DNA of 64,000 bases from an uncultured Chloroflexia bacterium (GTDB lineage Bacteria; Chloroflexota; Anaerolineae; Anaerolineales; UBA4823), in contig CAVOGL010000024.1 of NCBI GenBank assembly GCA_963695415.1, positions 124,802 to 188,801 on the forward strand, written 5' to 3'. Within the stretch, counting starts at the first letter, position 1. Each line of letters begins with the position of its first letter. The notes under the pieces were generated by a model. It searched no databases and had not been told where the DNA came from. It saw only the letters and a list, made by a program, of their open reading frames with translations. Shown one piece after another: positions 55,679 through 64,000 of the stretch. The translations under genes were made by a program, and so were the position numbers.

Positions 55679-55828
55679 TTAATCGGATCCCAGGTCGTTT
55701 AGCAGGTCCTCAAACCAATTCCTTGCAAAAGCGTGCGTCTGCAAACCATAATCGAGCGTCTTGAGCTGGTATTTAAGGATATCTTTGTAAGAAGCTGGGA
55801 TTTCAATCCGCCTGATTTCCTCGTTCAT
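55679..55828 (-). CDS. 49-aa hypothetical small protein translationally coupled to hutH
   Basis: not in ORF track (<60 aa). ATG overlaps the hutH stop as ATGA. MNEEIRRIEIPASYKDILKYQLKTLDYGLQTHAFARNWFEDLLNDLGSD is non-repetitive and helix-like. Confidence 0.35.
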   Translation of the reverse strand: MNEEIRRIEIPASYKDILKYQLKTLDYGLQTHAFARNWFEDLLNDLGSD

Positions 55829-57402
55829 CTGGCTATAGTGACTTTCTCACTAATGCTTTCGATCATCTGCCCACTGACAATCAGTTCTGCCAGAATGTTG
55901 ATATCTGAGGATGTCTCCCGGTCGTGCTCGAGGAAGGACACGCGACTGCGCACGGCATCATACACCTTCGCCGTCCCCTCTCCCAGGCGCTCCGCGGCAT
56001 CCGCACCGCGCAGGTCCACCGCCTGCGCCGCCGTCATCAGTTCGATCGCCACCACATGACGCACGTTCTCCAGGATCTCCAGGCAGTGCCGCGCCGCGTT
56101 CGCTCCCATACTCACGTGGTCTTCCTGGTTGGCGCAGGAAGGGATCGAGTCCACGCTGTCCGGATGTGCCAGAGTTTTGTTATCCGACACCAGTGCCGCC
56201 GCTGTGTACTGCACCATCATCAATCCGCCGTCCAACCCACTCGTCCTCACCAGCATCGCCGGCAGCCCGTGGTTCAGTTCCGGTGTCAGCAGCCTGAACA
56301 CCCGCCTCTCGGCGATGTTCGCCACTTCCGCCATGGCGATCCCCAGGAAATCCAGCCACATCGCCGGTCCCTGACCGTGGAAATTGCCTCCCGAAATTGA
56401 TTGCATACCTTCACCCTCAGGATCGGACGGAAATATTAACGGGTTATCCGTGGCCGCGTTGATTGCAGCACTAAATCGCTGGCGCAGGAAAGCGATCGTG
56501 TCCATCACCGGTCCCAGGACCTGAGGGATGCAGCGCAGGCTGTAGGCATCCTGCACCTTCTCTGGCGCTGAATCGATCAATCGGCTGCCAGCGGTCATGA
56601 AGCGTATATTCTCTGCCACATGCTGTTGTCCGGGTTGGTTGCTCGCCAGGTGCAGTGCCGGCTCGAACGCCGCCGAAAGCCCCAGCAGCGCCTCCAGGCT
56701 GAGAGCTGCTGCCGCCTGTCCATGGCGCAGCAGGTTCTCGGCATCGTGCACCGCCAGCGCCCCACAAGCGCTCATGAAGTCCATCCCGTTCGACAGCGCC
56801 AGCCCCTCCTTCGCTTCCAGCACGATCCGCTCGATCCCCGCCCTGCGCATCGCCTCCGCCCCGTCAAACAATTCTCCCATGTAGATTGCTTTGCCGCTGT
56901 ACCCGCCGTCACCTTCTTCCAGGTCGCGCGTTAACACCGTGGCGATGTGCGCCAGAGGCGCCAGGTCGCCGCTCGCCCCCAGCGATCCCTTCTCCGGCAC
57001 CAGCGGCGTAACCCCCGCGTTGAGCATATCCACCAGCGTCTGCGCTACCACCGGTCGCACCCCCGAGTGTCCCTTCGCCAGCATATTGGCGCGGATCACC
57101 ATCATCGCCCGTACCACGTCCTCCGGCAGTGCCTTCCCCACACCGCTGACGCACAGCACAATCAGGTTGCGCGACAGCGACAGAGCCTGGTCTGCACTGA
57201 TCACTCGGTTCGCCAAAGAGCCAAACCCCGTATTCACCCCATAGATCACTTTGCCAGGTTGTGCAATGGATCGCAGCACCCACTCGTGGCTGCGCTGCAT
57301 TTTCTGCCGGATCTCTTTATTAAATGGAGCGACTGGTTTATGGTCACGCGCCACCGCCACGATTTGTTCGATGGTCAACTCATTACCATTAAGCTCTATC
57401 AT
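55825..57402 (-). CDS. hutH: histidine ammonia-lyase
   Basis: MIO-forming GASGDLAPLAH; full-length family pattern; ATG 57402 with GGAGG 7 nt upstream preferred over TTG 57408. Confidence 0.9.
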   Translation of the reverse strand: MIELNGNELTIEQIVAVARDHKPVAPFNKEIRQKMQRSHEWVLRSIAQPGKVIYGVNTGFGSLANRVISADQALSLSRNLIVLCVSGVGKALPEDVVRAMMVIRANMLAKGHSGVRPVVAQTLVDMLNAGVTPLVPEKGSLGASGDLAPLAHIATVLTRDLEEGDGGYSGKAIYMGELFDGAEAMRRAGIERIVLEAKEGLALSNGMDFMSACGALAVHDAENLLRHGQAAAALSLEALLGLSAAFEPALHLASNQPGQQHVAENIRFMTAGSRLIDSAPEKVQDAYSLRCIPQVLGPVMDTIAFLRQRFSAAINAATDNPLIFPSDPEGEGMQSISGGNFHGQGPAMWLDFLGIAMAEVANIAERRVFRLLTPELNHGLPAMLVRTSGLDGGLMMVQYTAAALVSDNKTLAHPDSVDSIPSCANQEDHVSMGANAARHCLEILENVRHVVAIELMTAAQAVDLRGADAAERLGEGTAKVYDAVRSRVSFLEHDRETSSDINILAELIVSGQMIESISEKVTIAR

Positions 57403-57476
57403 CACCAAACCTCCTCGATTTCGTAGTCCATTGGGATAATAAGATCCGGAACTGATCCCTCGAATTTTTCTGCCAT
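57402..57476 (-). CDS. 24-codon upstream ORF coupled to hutH (TGATG overlap)
   Basis: MAEKFEGSVPDLIIPMDYEIEEVW; own RBS (gggagagg). Same-length paralog of the first 21 codons of the cyclodeaminase gene (MAEKFGIFDPEPGIPMDYEIE). Confidence 0.4.
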   Translation of the reverse strand: MAEKFEGSVPDLIIPMDYEIEEVW

Positions 57477-57530
57477 TTTATCAGCAACCTCTCCCGGCAT
57501 CCGAGCACATCAGCCAGCATATAGCCAGCT

Positions 57531-57555
57531 TGTAGGTCAGGTATCCCTACCTGAC
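57531..57555. repeat. 25-nt hairpin repeat, copy 1
   Basis: tgtaggtcaggtatccctacctgac identical to 63831-63855; stem GTCAGGTA/TACCTGAC, loop tccc. Confidence 0.85.
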
Positions 57556-57567
57556 ACCTGCCTGACC

Positions 57568-57620
57568 TATTCGCCCCATTCGTCCATTCGCATCATTCGT
57601 GTTAAAAACCCCCGTCCCCC
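57568..57620 (+). repeat. CATTCG array / GTTAAAAACCCCC box copy
   Basis: tattcgccccattcgtccattcgcatcattcgtgttaaaaacccccgtccccc in the hutI-hutH spacer. Confidence 0.55.
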
Positions 57621-57647
57621 TTCGATTTTCATGCAGCCCTTCGTGTT

Positions 57648-58946
57648 TCAGCTTTTCCCCGTCACTCCGTCCCCGGTCTCCCGTCCTCCCACATAAACCA
57701 ACCGCCCCCTTTTCATCACCATCACCACCGCGTTGTTGCCCAGCCGGTAGATGCTGTCATCGAAGGATGGCAGGTCCCAGACCTGGATGTCGGCAAGTTT
57801 CCCCTTCTCCAACGTGCCGCGGTCATCCAGCCCCACCGCCTGTGCCGCATAGTGGGTTGCCGACAACAGCGCCTCTTCAGGGCTGAATCTGTACAGCCGG
57901 CATGCCAGCTGCATCACCAGCTGCATCGATTCCATCCAGCATCCCGGGCAGAAATCGGTCGCCAGCGCCACGCGCATTCCCCGATCCATCATCGCCCGTG
58001 CATCGAACGGCTTGGGATGCCGCACCGCGAAATCCAGCCCGGGCATCACCACACCCACAACCCCTGCTTCTGCAAGGCTCTCGATCTCCGCCTCGCTGGT
58101 ATAGTTCAGGTGGTCTGCAGAAATCGCGGGCAGTTCAGCCGCCAGCCGGCTTCCGCCAATGTTGGCATACGCGTCCACGTGCATTTTTGGTCGCAGCCCG
58201 TGCTGCATCCCTTTCTCCAGGATGCGCCGCGATTCCTCCACACTGTAGTAGCCTTCATCGCAGTACACATCGCAGAAATCAGCCAGACCTCTCTCTGCCA
58301 CCTTCGGGATCATCTCATCCAGCAGCATTCCCAGGTAGCGTTCCCTGGTCACCTCAGCAGGGAAATCATGGGCTCCCAGGAAGGTACTCACCACGTCCAC
58401 CGGCTGCCAGGAAGCCAGTTCCTGGTTGATCTCCAGCATTTCAATCTCTTTCGCCAGGGTCAACCCGTACCCGCTTTTGCTTTCGACCGTTGTGGTGCCG
58501 TAGGACAGCATGCGCTCCAACCGCCCCAGCGCTTCATCGCACAGCGCATCTTTGCTGCTGGCGCGTGTCATCCTTACCGTCGCCTGGATGCCGCTTGGGA
58601 TTCCCATCGCGGCCACCTCAGCCGCATTGCGCGTCATCCTCGCCGCGTACTCCTGTGCCCGCGTGCCGCCGAAGACCAGGTGCGTGTGGCAGTCCACGAA
58701 CCCCGGCGCCAGGATCTTCCCGCTCACGTTTACCACGCGTGCCTGTGAGAGGTTGAACTGCGATTCCAGTTCGCTCAGTTCTGCCACCGCGGCTATGGTC
58801 TCGCCCTGTACCGCCACTGCCGCGCCCTTTCGTTGTCCCAGTGGGTTGCCAGCCTCCGGGCAGCACGTCAGCGCCATCATCGCCCCCTTCAATACCAGGT
58901 CTACTGCCGGCTTTTCCACTCTTTCTATCCGTGCGCTCTCACTCAT
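57648..58946 (-). CDS. hutI: imidazolonepropionase
   Basis: amidohydrolase metal motif FVDCHTHLVFGG, family-typical HVDAYAN, ATDFCPG; ATG 58946 chosen, ORF open to 58979. Confidence 0.85.
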   Translation of the reverse strand: MSESARIERVEKPAVDLVLKGAMMALTCCPEAGNPLGQRKGAAVAVQGETIAAVAELSELESQFNLSQARVVNVSGKILAPGFVDCHTHLVFGGTRAQEYAARMTRNAAEVAAMGIPSGIQATVRMTRASSKDALCDEALGRLERMLSYGTTTVESKSGYGLTLAKEIEMLEINQELASWQPVDVVSTFLGAHDFPAEVTRERYLGMLLDEMIPKVAERGLADFCDVYCDEGYYSVEESRRILEKGMQHGLRPKMHVDAYANIGGSRLAAELPAISADHLNYTSEAEIESLAEAGVVGVVMPGLDFAVRHPKPFDARAMMDRGMRVALATDFCPGCWMESMQLVMQLACRLYRFSPEEALLSATHYAAQAVGLDDRGTLEKGKLADIQVWDLPSFDDSIYRLGNNAVVMVMKRGRLVYVGGRETGDGVTGKS

Positions 58947-60689
58947 CCTTTGTGTGGGGTCCCAGCCGGTCACCCGCACCGGTACTGCCCCCAGCTGTCT
59001 CCGGTCCGAAGGTCGCCGTGGGTGACCACCACAGCGGAATCTTGATGGTCTCTCCGGTCAGGGGTCCCTTCCCCTCGCACACCTGCCGCGCGGTTTCGTA
59101 ACCCGCCTGCGCGTGCCGCACCACCCCAATGCCCGAATCCGTGGTCATGCACACATCCAGCCGCAGGTCGGCCTCCTCGCTCCCGTCGGCGATCATCGTC
59201 ACGCCGGTGTGTACCGCCTCGCCCATCGAGTAGTTGGCCTGGATTGCCACCAGGTCTGCCATCCCCGCCGTGTTCAGCAGCGCGTTCAAATAAGGCCAAT
59301 CGGAGATCAGGTCTCCGCCATCCTTCATCTTCTCCGATTCGAAGGTCGGGTTGACGATCGAGCCCGAGTCCAGGTTGTCGCGCGAGAAGCCCACCGGTCC
59401 CGCCAGTTCCCCGCTGCGGATCATCTCGTTTACCCGCAGTGCCAGTTCTCGCCGCTCCCCAAAGCCCAGGTAGCACACCCGCGCTGGCAGCGCCTCGATC
59501 GGCAGGGTCTCGCGCGCCAGCTCGATCCACTTCACCGTTGTCTTATCGTGCGGGAACATCTCCAGCACCAGCGCATCGATCTTCGCCAGGTCACTGGCCT
59601 CGCCCGACAGGCACGTCCAGCGGAACGGTCCCCTTCCCACCAGGAACAACGGGCGGATATACGCCGCCACGAACCCCGGGATGGTCATGGCCTCCGCCTC
59701 CGGCATGCCCGCGTCGCGGCACTCCTTGCGGATGCTGGTGCCGTATTCGAAAACCTGAACGCCCTTGTGGTAGAAAGCATTCATCGCCGCTAACTGACGC
59801 TTCATTGAATCGCGCGCCACCTGGAAGTAGCCGTCCCGGTCCGCGGCTCGCAGTTCAGCCGCCGACTTCCGCGCTGTAACCCGCCGGGATGTAAGACAGC
59901 GGGTCGTGGCACGGGCACATCTCGGAGATGATGTCCGGCAGCCAGCCCATCTCCAGCGCCTTCGGGAACAATTCTGCTGCGTTCCCCCACACCCCGATCC
60001 CTACAGCCCTCTTCTCAGCTTTAGCCTTTTCGGCGATCTGAACGGCTTCTTCCAACGAGTCCGCCTCGATATCGAGGAAGCCTCTCTCCAGAGAACGCTG
60101 GATGATTGCCGGGTTGGCATCCACTACCACGCATACCCCGCCGTGCATCGTCGTCGCCCGCGGCTGGTTACGCCCCATCCCGCCTAATCCTGCGGTCAGG
60201 TAGATCCTGCCCGCCAGGCTGCCGCCAAAATGCTGCTCGGCGATTGCGCCCAGGGTCTCGAAGGTGCCCTGGATCACGCCCTGGGTGCCGATGTACTCCC
60301 ACGGTCCCGCCGTGTACTGTGCGAACATGGTCAGGTTCTTGTCCTGCAAGATCGTAGAAGATTTCCCACGTTGCCTTCATGATATTGGTGTTTGCCATCA
60401 CCACCCTCGGCGCCAGGCGGTGTGTTTTGAACATAGCCACCGGCATCCCGGACTGGACCACCAGTGTTTCGTTGTTCTCTAACTCCATCAGTGACTGCAC
60501 GATGGCGTGGTAGCTTTCCCAGTTGCGGGCGCACTTCCCGATCCCGCCGTAGATCACCAGGCGTTCCGGCGCTTCGGCGTTCTCCATGTTGTTTTCCAGC
60601 ATGCGCAGCAGCGATTCCTGTTTCCAGCCTTTGCAGCGCAGTGTTTTTCCGCGCTGTGCCTTCACAGAATATAAAATTTCGGGTTTCAT
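58939..60689 (-). pseudogene. urocanate hydratase, 2 frameshifts (near 60349 and 59868)
   Basis: three ORF pieces 60168-60689, 59855-60349, 58939-59820 join as ..WEIFYDL|QDKNLTMFAQYTAGPWEYIGTQGVIQGTFET..PAGYSAE|SAAELRAADRDGYFQVARDSMKRQ..FEYGTSIRKEC.. Confidence 0.85.
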
Positions 60690-60714
60690 TGGGTTTCTCC
60701 TGGGTATGTAATTA

Positions 60715-61608
60715 TTAATCGAGTAAAGCCGTCTCGATGATTTGCTCCATCTTGAAGTCGTGCACCTGTAAGTAATATTTCAGCACCTCTTCCACCGCTC
60801 CCAGTGGCACCGGTCCGACCAGTTCTGCCCCAGCCACCATCACGCCGTAGCGTTTTGCCTCCGCCCGTACCGCTTCCAGCACGCGCGGGATCGGCGTTTT
60901 GGCGTAATTTACCAGGTTCATCGACACCTGCACCTGCCCTTTATCTTCCAGCGCCAGCCCCATCGCCCGCACGTAGCGGAACCCGCCGTTGATGTGCCGC
61001 ACAGCCCTGGCAATATTTTCAGCGACAGACACGTCCGTCGTCAGCAGGTTCACGTTGAATGCCACCAGTGGAAAGCGCACTCCGGTTACCATCGCCCCCG
61101 CTTTGGCGTTGAATGACGCTGGTCCCTCGTCCGGCGCCCATGCCGGGTCTTGCAGCTTCTTTTCCAGGGCTTCGTACTGCCCCTTGCGGATATCGGGCAG
61201 CCGTTCTCGTTCCGGTCGCAGTGCCGCTTCCTCGTAATAATAAACCGGTACCCCCAGGCTGCCGACATAGCTGCCGAACTGGCGCGCCACTTCCACCGCT
61301 TCAGCCGTCTCCATACCCCGTACCGGGATGAACGGCGCCACGTCGACCGCCCCCATGCGCGGGTGCGAGCCGTGGTGCTGGCGCATGTCGATCTTCTCGA
61401 AAGCCTTCTTCGCCATTGCCTTTGTTGCTTCCAGCACCGTTTCCGGATCGCCAAGGTAGGTGAATACTGAGCGGTTGTGGTCCGCATCCGAGCTTATGTC
61501 CAGGATCTTGATCCCTTCGTGTCGCTGCACCTCCGCCAGCACCTCTTCCACGAGAGCCAGGTCGATGCCTTCGCTGATGTTCGGTTCGCACAGGAGTACT
61601 TTTTTCAT
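60715..61608 (-). CDS. ftcD: glutamate formimidoyltransferase domain (in frame with upstream cyclodeaminase, no stop between)
   Basis: MKKVLLCEPNISEG, DADHNRSVFT, HPRMGAVDVAPF motifs of the FTCD N-type domain. Confidence 0.8.
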   Translation of the reverse strand: MKKVLLCEPNISEGIDLALVEEVLAEVQRHEGIKILDISSDADHNRSVFTYLGDPETVLEATKAMAKKAFEKIDMRQHHGSHPRMGAVDVAPFIPVRGMETAEAVEVARQFGSYVGSLGVPVYYYEEAALRPERERLPDIRKGQYEALEKKLQDPAWAPDEGPASFNAKAGAMVTGVRFPLVAFNVNLLTTDVSVAENIARAVRHINGGFRYVRAMGLALEDKGQVQVSMNLVNYAKTPIPRVLEAVRAEAKRYGVMVAGAELVGPVPLGAVEEVLKYYLQVHDFKMEQIIETALLD

Positions 61609-62283
61609 AGTTTGCCTTTTCGGGAAAGTTGTTTTGTCAGGGCATGGTTGCTCCTGTGCAGCTTGCAATGCCTCCACCTGCCTACTGATCTCCTCAGCCT
61701 GCTGTGCCAGGGCAGATACAATCGCAGCATCCTTGATCGAGCCCAGGTTGATTTTCACATTTTCCAGGCAGCCCAGAGCTCCGGCGTTTGCCAGAAGCCG
61801 CGCACAGTTCATATCCGACTCGGCCGCCGAATTTGTACGTCCCTCTAGTTCCTGGACCCGAGCGTTTGGAGACAGAGCCTTGCGTTCTCCAGCGGCACCT
61901 GTCAGCCGCTCTCACCCATGCCGCCTGGATCGCCAGCCTGCGCCGCTGCCGTTCCTCTTCGTTTTCCTTAGGCAGCCTGTAGCTCATCGAAATCGCCTGG
62001 AACGCTTCGCTGTCCAGCCGGCTGCCGGTCTGCAGTTCCTGGCTGAGAACCTCTGCACGTTCTCCCGCCTCATGCAAGCGCTCCCGTTCTTCAGTGGTCT
62101 TATTTTTCACCGGCAGCAGGCATACCATCGCTACCAGCGCTGCAGCCATCGCCGAGCGATCGCGGATGCCGACCCACCACCGGCAGTCGTGTCGTCCGGC
62201 CGTAAAACGTTCAGGTAAGTTTCAATTTCGTAGTCCATGGGGATACCGGGCTCCGGGTCAAAGATACCAAATTTTTCTGCCAT
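61609..62283 (-). pseudogene. formiminotetrahydrofolate cyclodeaminase domain, 2 frameshifts (near 62163 and 61915)
   Basis: ..YLNVLRPDDTTAGGGSASAIA | MAAALVAMVCLL..RRRLAIQAAWVRA | GAAGERKALSPNARVQELEGRTNSAAESDMNCARLLANAGALGCLENVKINLGSIKD.. then runs in frame into ftcD. Confidence 0.7.
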
Positions 62284-62521
62284 TTTATCAGTATCCTTGC
62301 ACAGCAAACAGATCCGGTGTCCACATTCAGCCTGAAAGGGCAACACATTGGTGCGCTACCTGGTCGATCTTAACCAAAAATATCAGCTTATAATTCCCGC
62401 CGCTCAGGGGTGGCACTGGCTTCTCATATTTCTGAGAACAGCACAACCTGGACCTGACAACACTGGATTCAGCAAATACGTCAGCATACCGCTGGAATGC
62501 TATTGCTGATTTCTATGATTA

Positions 62522-63600
62522 TTACGGTGTTTCAGAAACCCCACTGACCACTGACCTCACAGCGCTCAGCGTCGAATAACCGCCTAACTCTTGCGCAGCA
62601 GCGAGACTACCGTCACCACCAGGAAGAGTACAATCGCCGCCCTCATTTAGCAGTCCGCCCCATTTGCGCAGTTCCAACTGAAGCCATAGGTCCCCCACCA
62701 CGCGCAGTACGAGCGAAGCATGCAGCAGACCCACGGGCACGTACGCCGCGGACGAGAACTGCAGTTCTGCCCAGGATCGCGGGAAAATGATCGGTGCATG
62801 ACCGAAGATCATGCTCATCACATAACCTACAAAGAAAGCGTGCAGTGCCGCATCATACACCGGACCGGTGTAAAGCCCTCCGTAGTACAGCAAGATTTCC
62901 GCCCGAAATTCCCAACCAGATGAATCCACTCGTCAGGCACAGGGCGATATAACGCGTCAGCACAGCTGGGTGGCGCAGGTTGCGCACCGCCAGGTCATAG
63001 CGTAGTGACCAAACAGCCATCGCCGTCAAAGTCACCCCGCACAACCTCGCTGCCCAGTTTAAGTTCAGCAGAGCCAGCCCGGCAGCCGCGATTACCAACA
63101 CCCCCAATGCCAGGAAAAGCCGCACCAGCCTGACCGGAGTCCGCAGCACCCGGCTCAGTTCCAGCCGTTCTCCGCCGATTGTCAGCACAAGGAAAGCGAT
63201 CCACCAGAACACCACCTGGTAAATGGGTACCCCAGCCAGCCACAGCGCGTTACCCACCAGCCATGCCAGCCCACCAGATGCCATCATCCATGTGTGTGCC
63301 TGCGGCTCGCGCCGCACCATCACTGCCAGGATCAATACCATCCCCAGGCTGCCAAGGGTCATCAGCAGCGCACCCAGGGTAGGCAGCACCAGAAGGCACA
63401 CCCATCCCGCAGCTGCCACCACCGGTACCGCATACATCCATCTCTCCCGCATTGCCGCCGCCCGTTCCAGCGGGATCAAGACACCCAGGAACCCGGACAC
63501 CATCAGCGTCGCCATGGGAGAGAGCCAGGTTCGAAATCGCCGGCAGCTCCCAGCCCAGCCGCAGCAGCCCGCCCCACATCGCAAAAACCAGCGCCAGCAT
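62522..63600 (-). pseudogene. polytopic membrane protein, unknown family, 2 frameshifts (near 63510 and 62905)
   Basis: pieces MLALVFAMWGGLLRLGWELP..LALSHG | LMVSGFLGVLIPLERAAA...SGFIWLGI | AEILLYYGGLYTGPVYDAALHAFFVGYVMSMIFGHAPIIFP; start uncertain. Confidence 0.5.
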
Positions 63601-63830
63601 TGCCAGACCAACAAACGGCAGTGCCGGGACCTTTACCTTTTTATTGATCTTCCTCTCCTCCGCATGTCCCAGCCTTGAACTTTCCGGTCACAGGTATTGG
63701 CGCCAGCATCATGAATTCTATAAACCTCACCATTTTCTAAAAGGGCTAACATCCACCAATCAGCCAGGTCTCTCACCTCAGTGCCCAGCCTCAATCATAC
63801 CCCACTATTGTCAATCCCCCCTTCATTCAA

Positions 63831-63855
63831 TGTAGGTCAGGTATCCCTACCTGAC
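63831..63855. repeat. 25-nt hairpin repeat, copy 2
   Basis: identical to 57531-57555. Confidence 0.85.
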
Positions 63856-63877
63856 TTCCGGTTATTATCTGGATCCC

Positions 63878-64000
63878 CTAAGGCATCAGCCCAGAATTCC
63901 CCAGGCGCTCATGAATTTCATTGAAGGCATTGGCTTCAGCTTGGTTGATCACCTTGCTCTGGACGAGTTCACCCAGGATGGCTGCTTCCCGTTCCGTTGG
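63878..64000 (-). CDS. 3' end of an unidentified gene running off the window
   Basis: open minus-strand frame ..TEREAAILGELVQSKVINQAEANAFNEIHERLGNSGLMP* with stop at 63878-63880. Confidence 0.3.
   Translation of the reverse strand, partial: PTEREAAILGELVQSKVINQAEANAFNEIHERLGNSGLMP

Noticed and set aside
57402-57476. Classical histidine attenuation leader peptide for the hut genes
   Set aside because: The 24-codon uORF contains no His codons, and no alternative terminator/antiterminator pair is evident between it and hutH, which it overlaps.

Overview
Bacterial chromosomal window, moderately GC-rich by eye. Thr/Pro-rich linkers behind Tat/lipobox signals and the gene repertoire suggest a Chloroflexota/Anaerolineae-like organism (inference only). 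I can support about 60 protein-coding genes or gene wrecks. I recognised no rRNA, tRNA, CRISPR array, transposase, integrase or phage gene. Left to right: two divergent PhyH-family dioxygenases; a 1060-aa secreted S8 protease; a ferritin-like/VIT1 metal transporter; tal and pgi, which are one A-run indel away from a bifunctional fusion. Next comes a ~4.7-kb accessory stretch (10.4-15.1 kb) holding MNT/HEPN and Phd/VapC toxin-antitoxin pairs, a PIN remnant, a fragmented Cys-rich secreted ORF, and Tat-lipoprotein genes that share a mosaic, almost identical promoter/signal/linker cassette. Then: Tat-DUF362 plus a membrane polyferredoxin; four adjacent genes riddled with frameshifts (20.2-23.4 kb); a cold-shock/RNA-metabolism cluster (csp, DEAD-box helicase, RRM protein, CarD, csp); two GH29 fucosidases, a GH29 5' remnant and a GH12 glycanase; a translationally coupled lipid kinase/Cys-phosphatase pair; MarR plus a heterodimeric ABC exporter; an IorAB-type molybdenum hydroxylase with a His-rich membrane partner; a copper locus (Met-rich protein, multicopper oxidase, OmpR-type RR, HK); and a histidine-utilisation locus (cyclodeaminase-formimidoyltransferase, hutU, hutI, hutH) with two unlisted, translationally coupled mini-ORFs. 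By manual reconstruction roughly 30 single-nucleotide frameshifts hit about 18 genes, so either the consensus is indel-error-prone or there is real gene decay. All functional calls come from motif recognition by eye; no database search or computation was possible.
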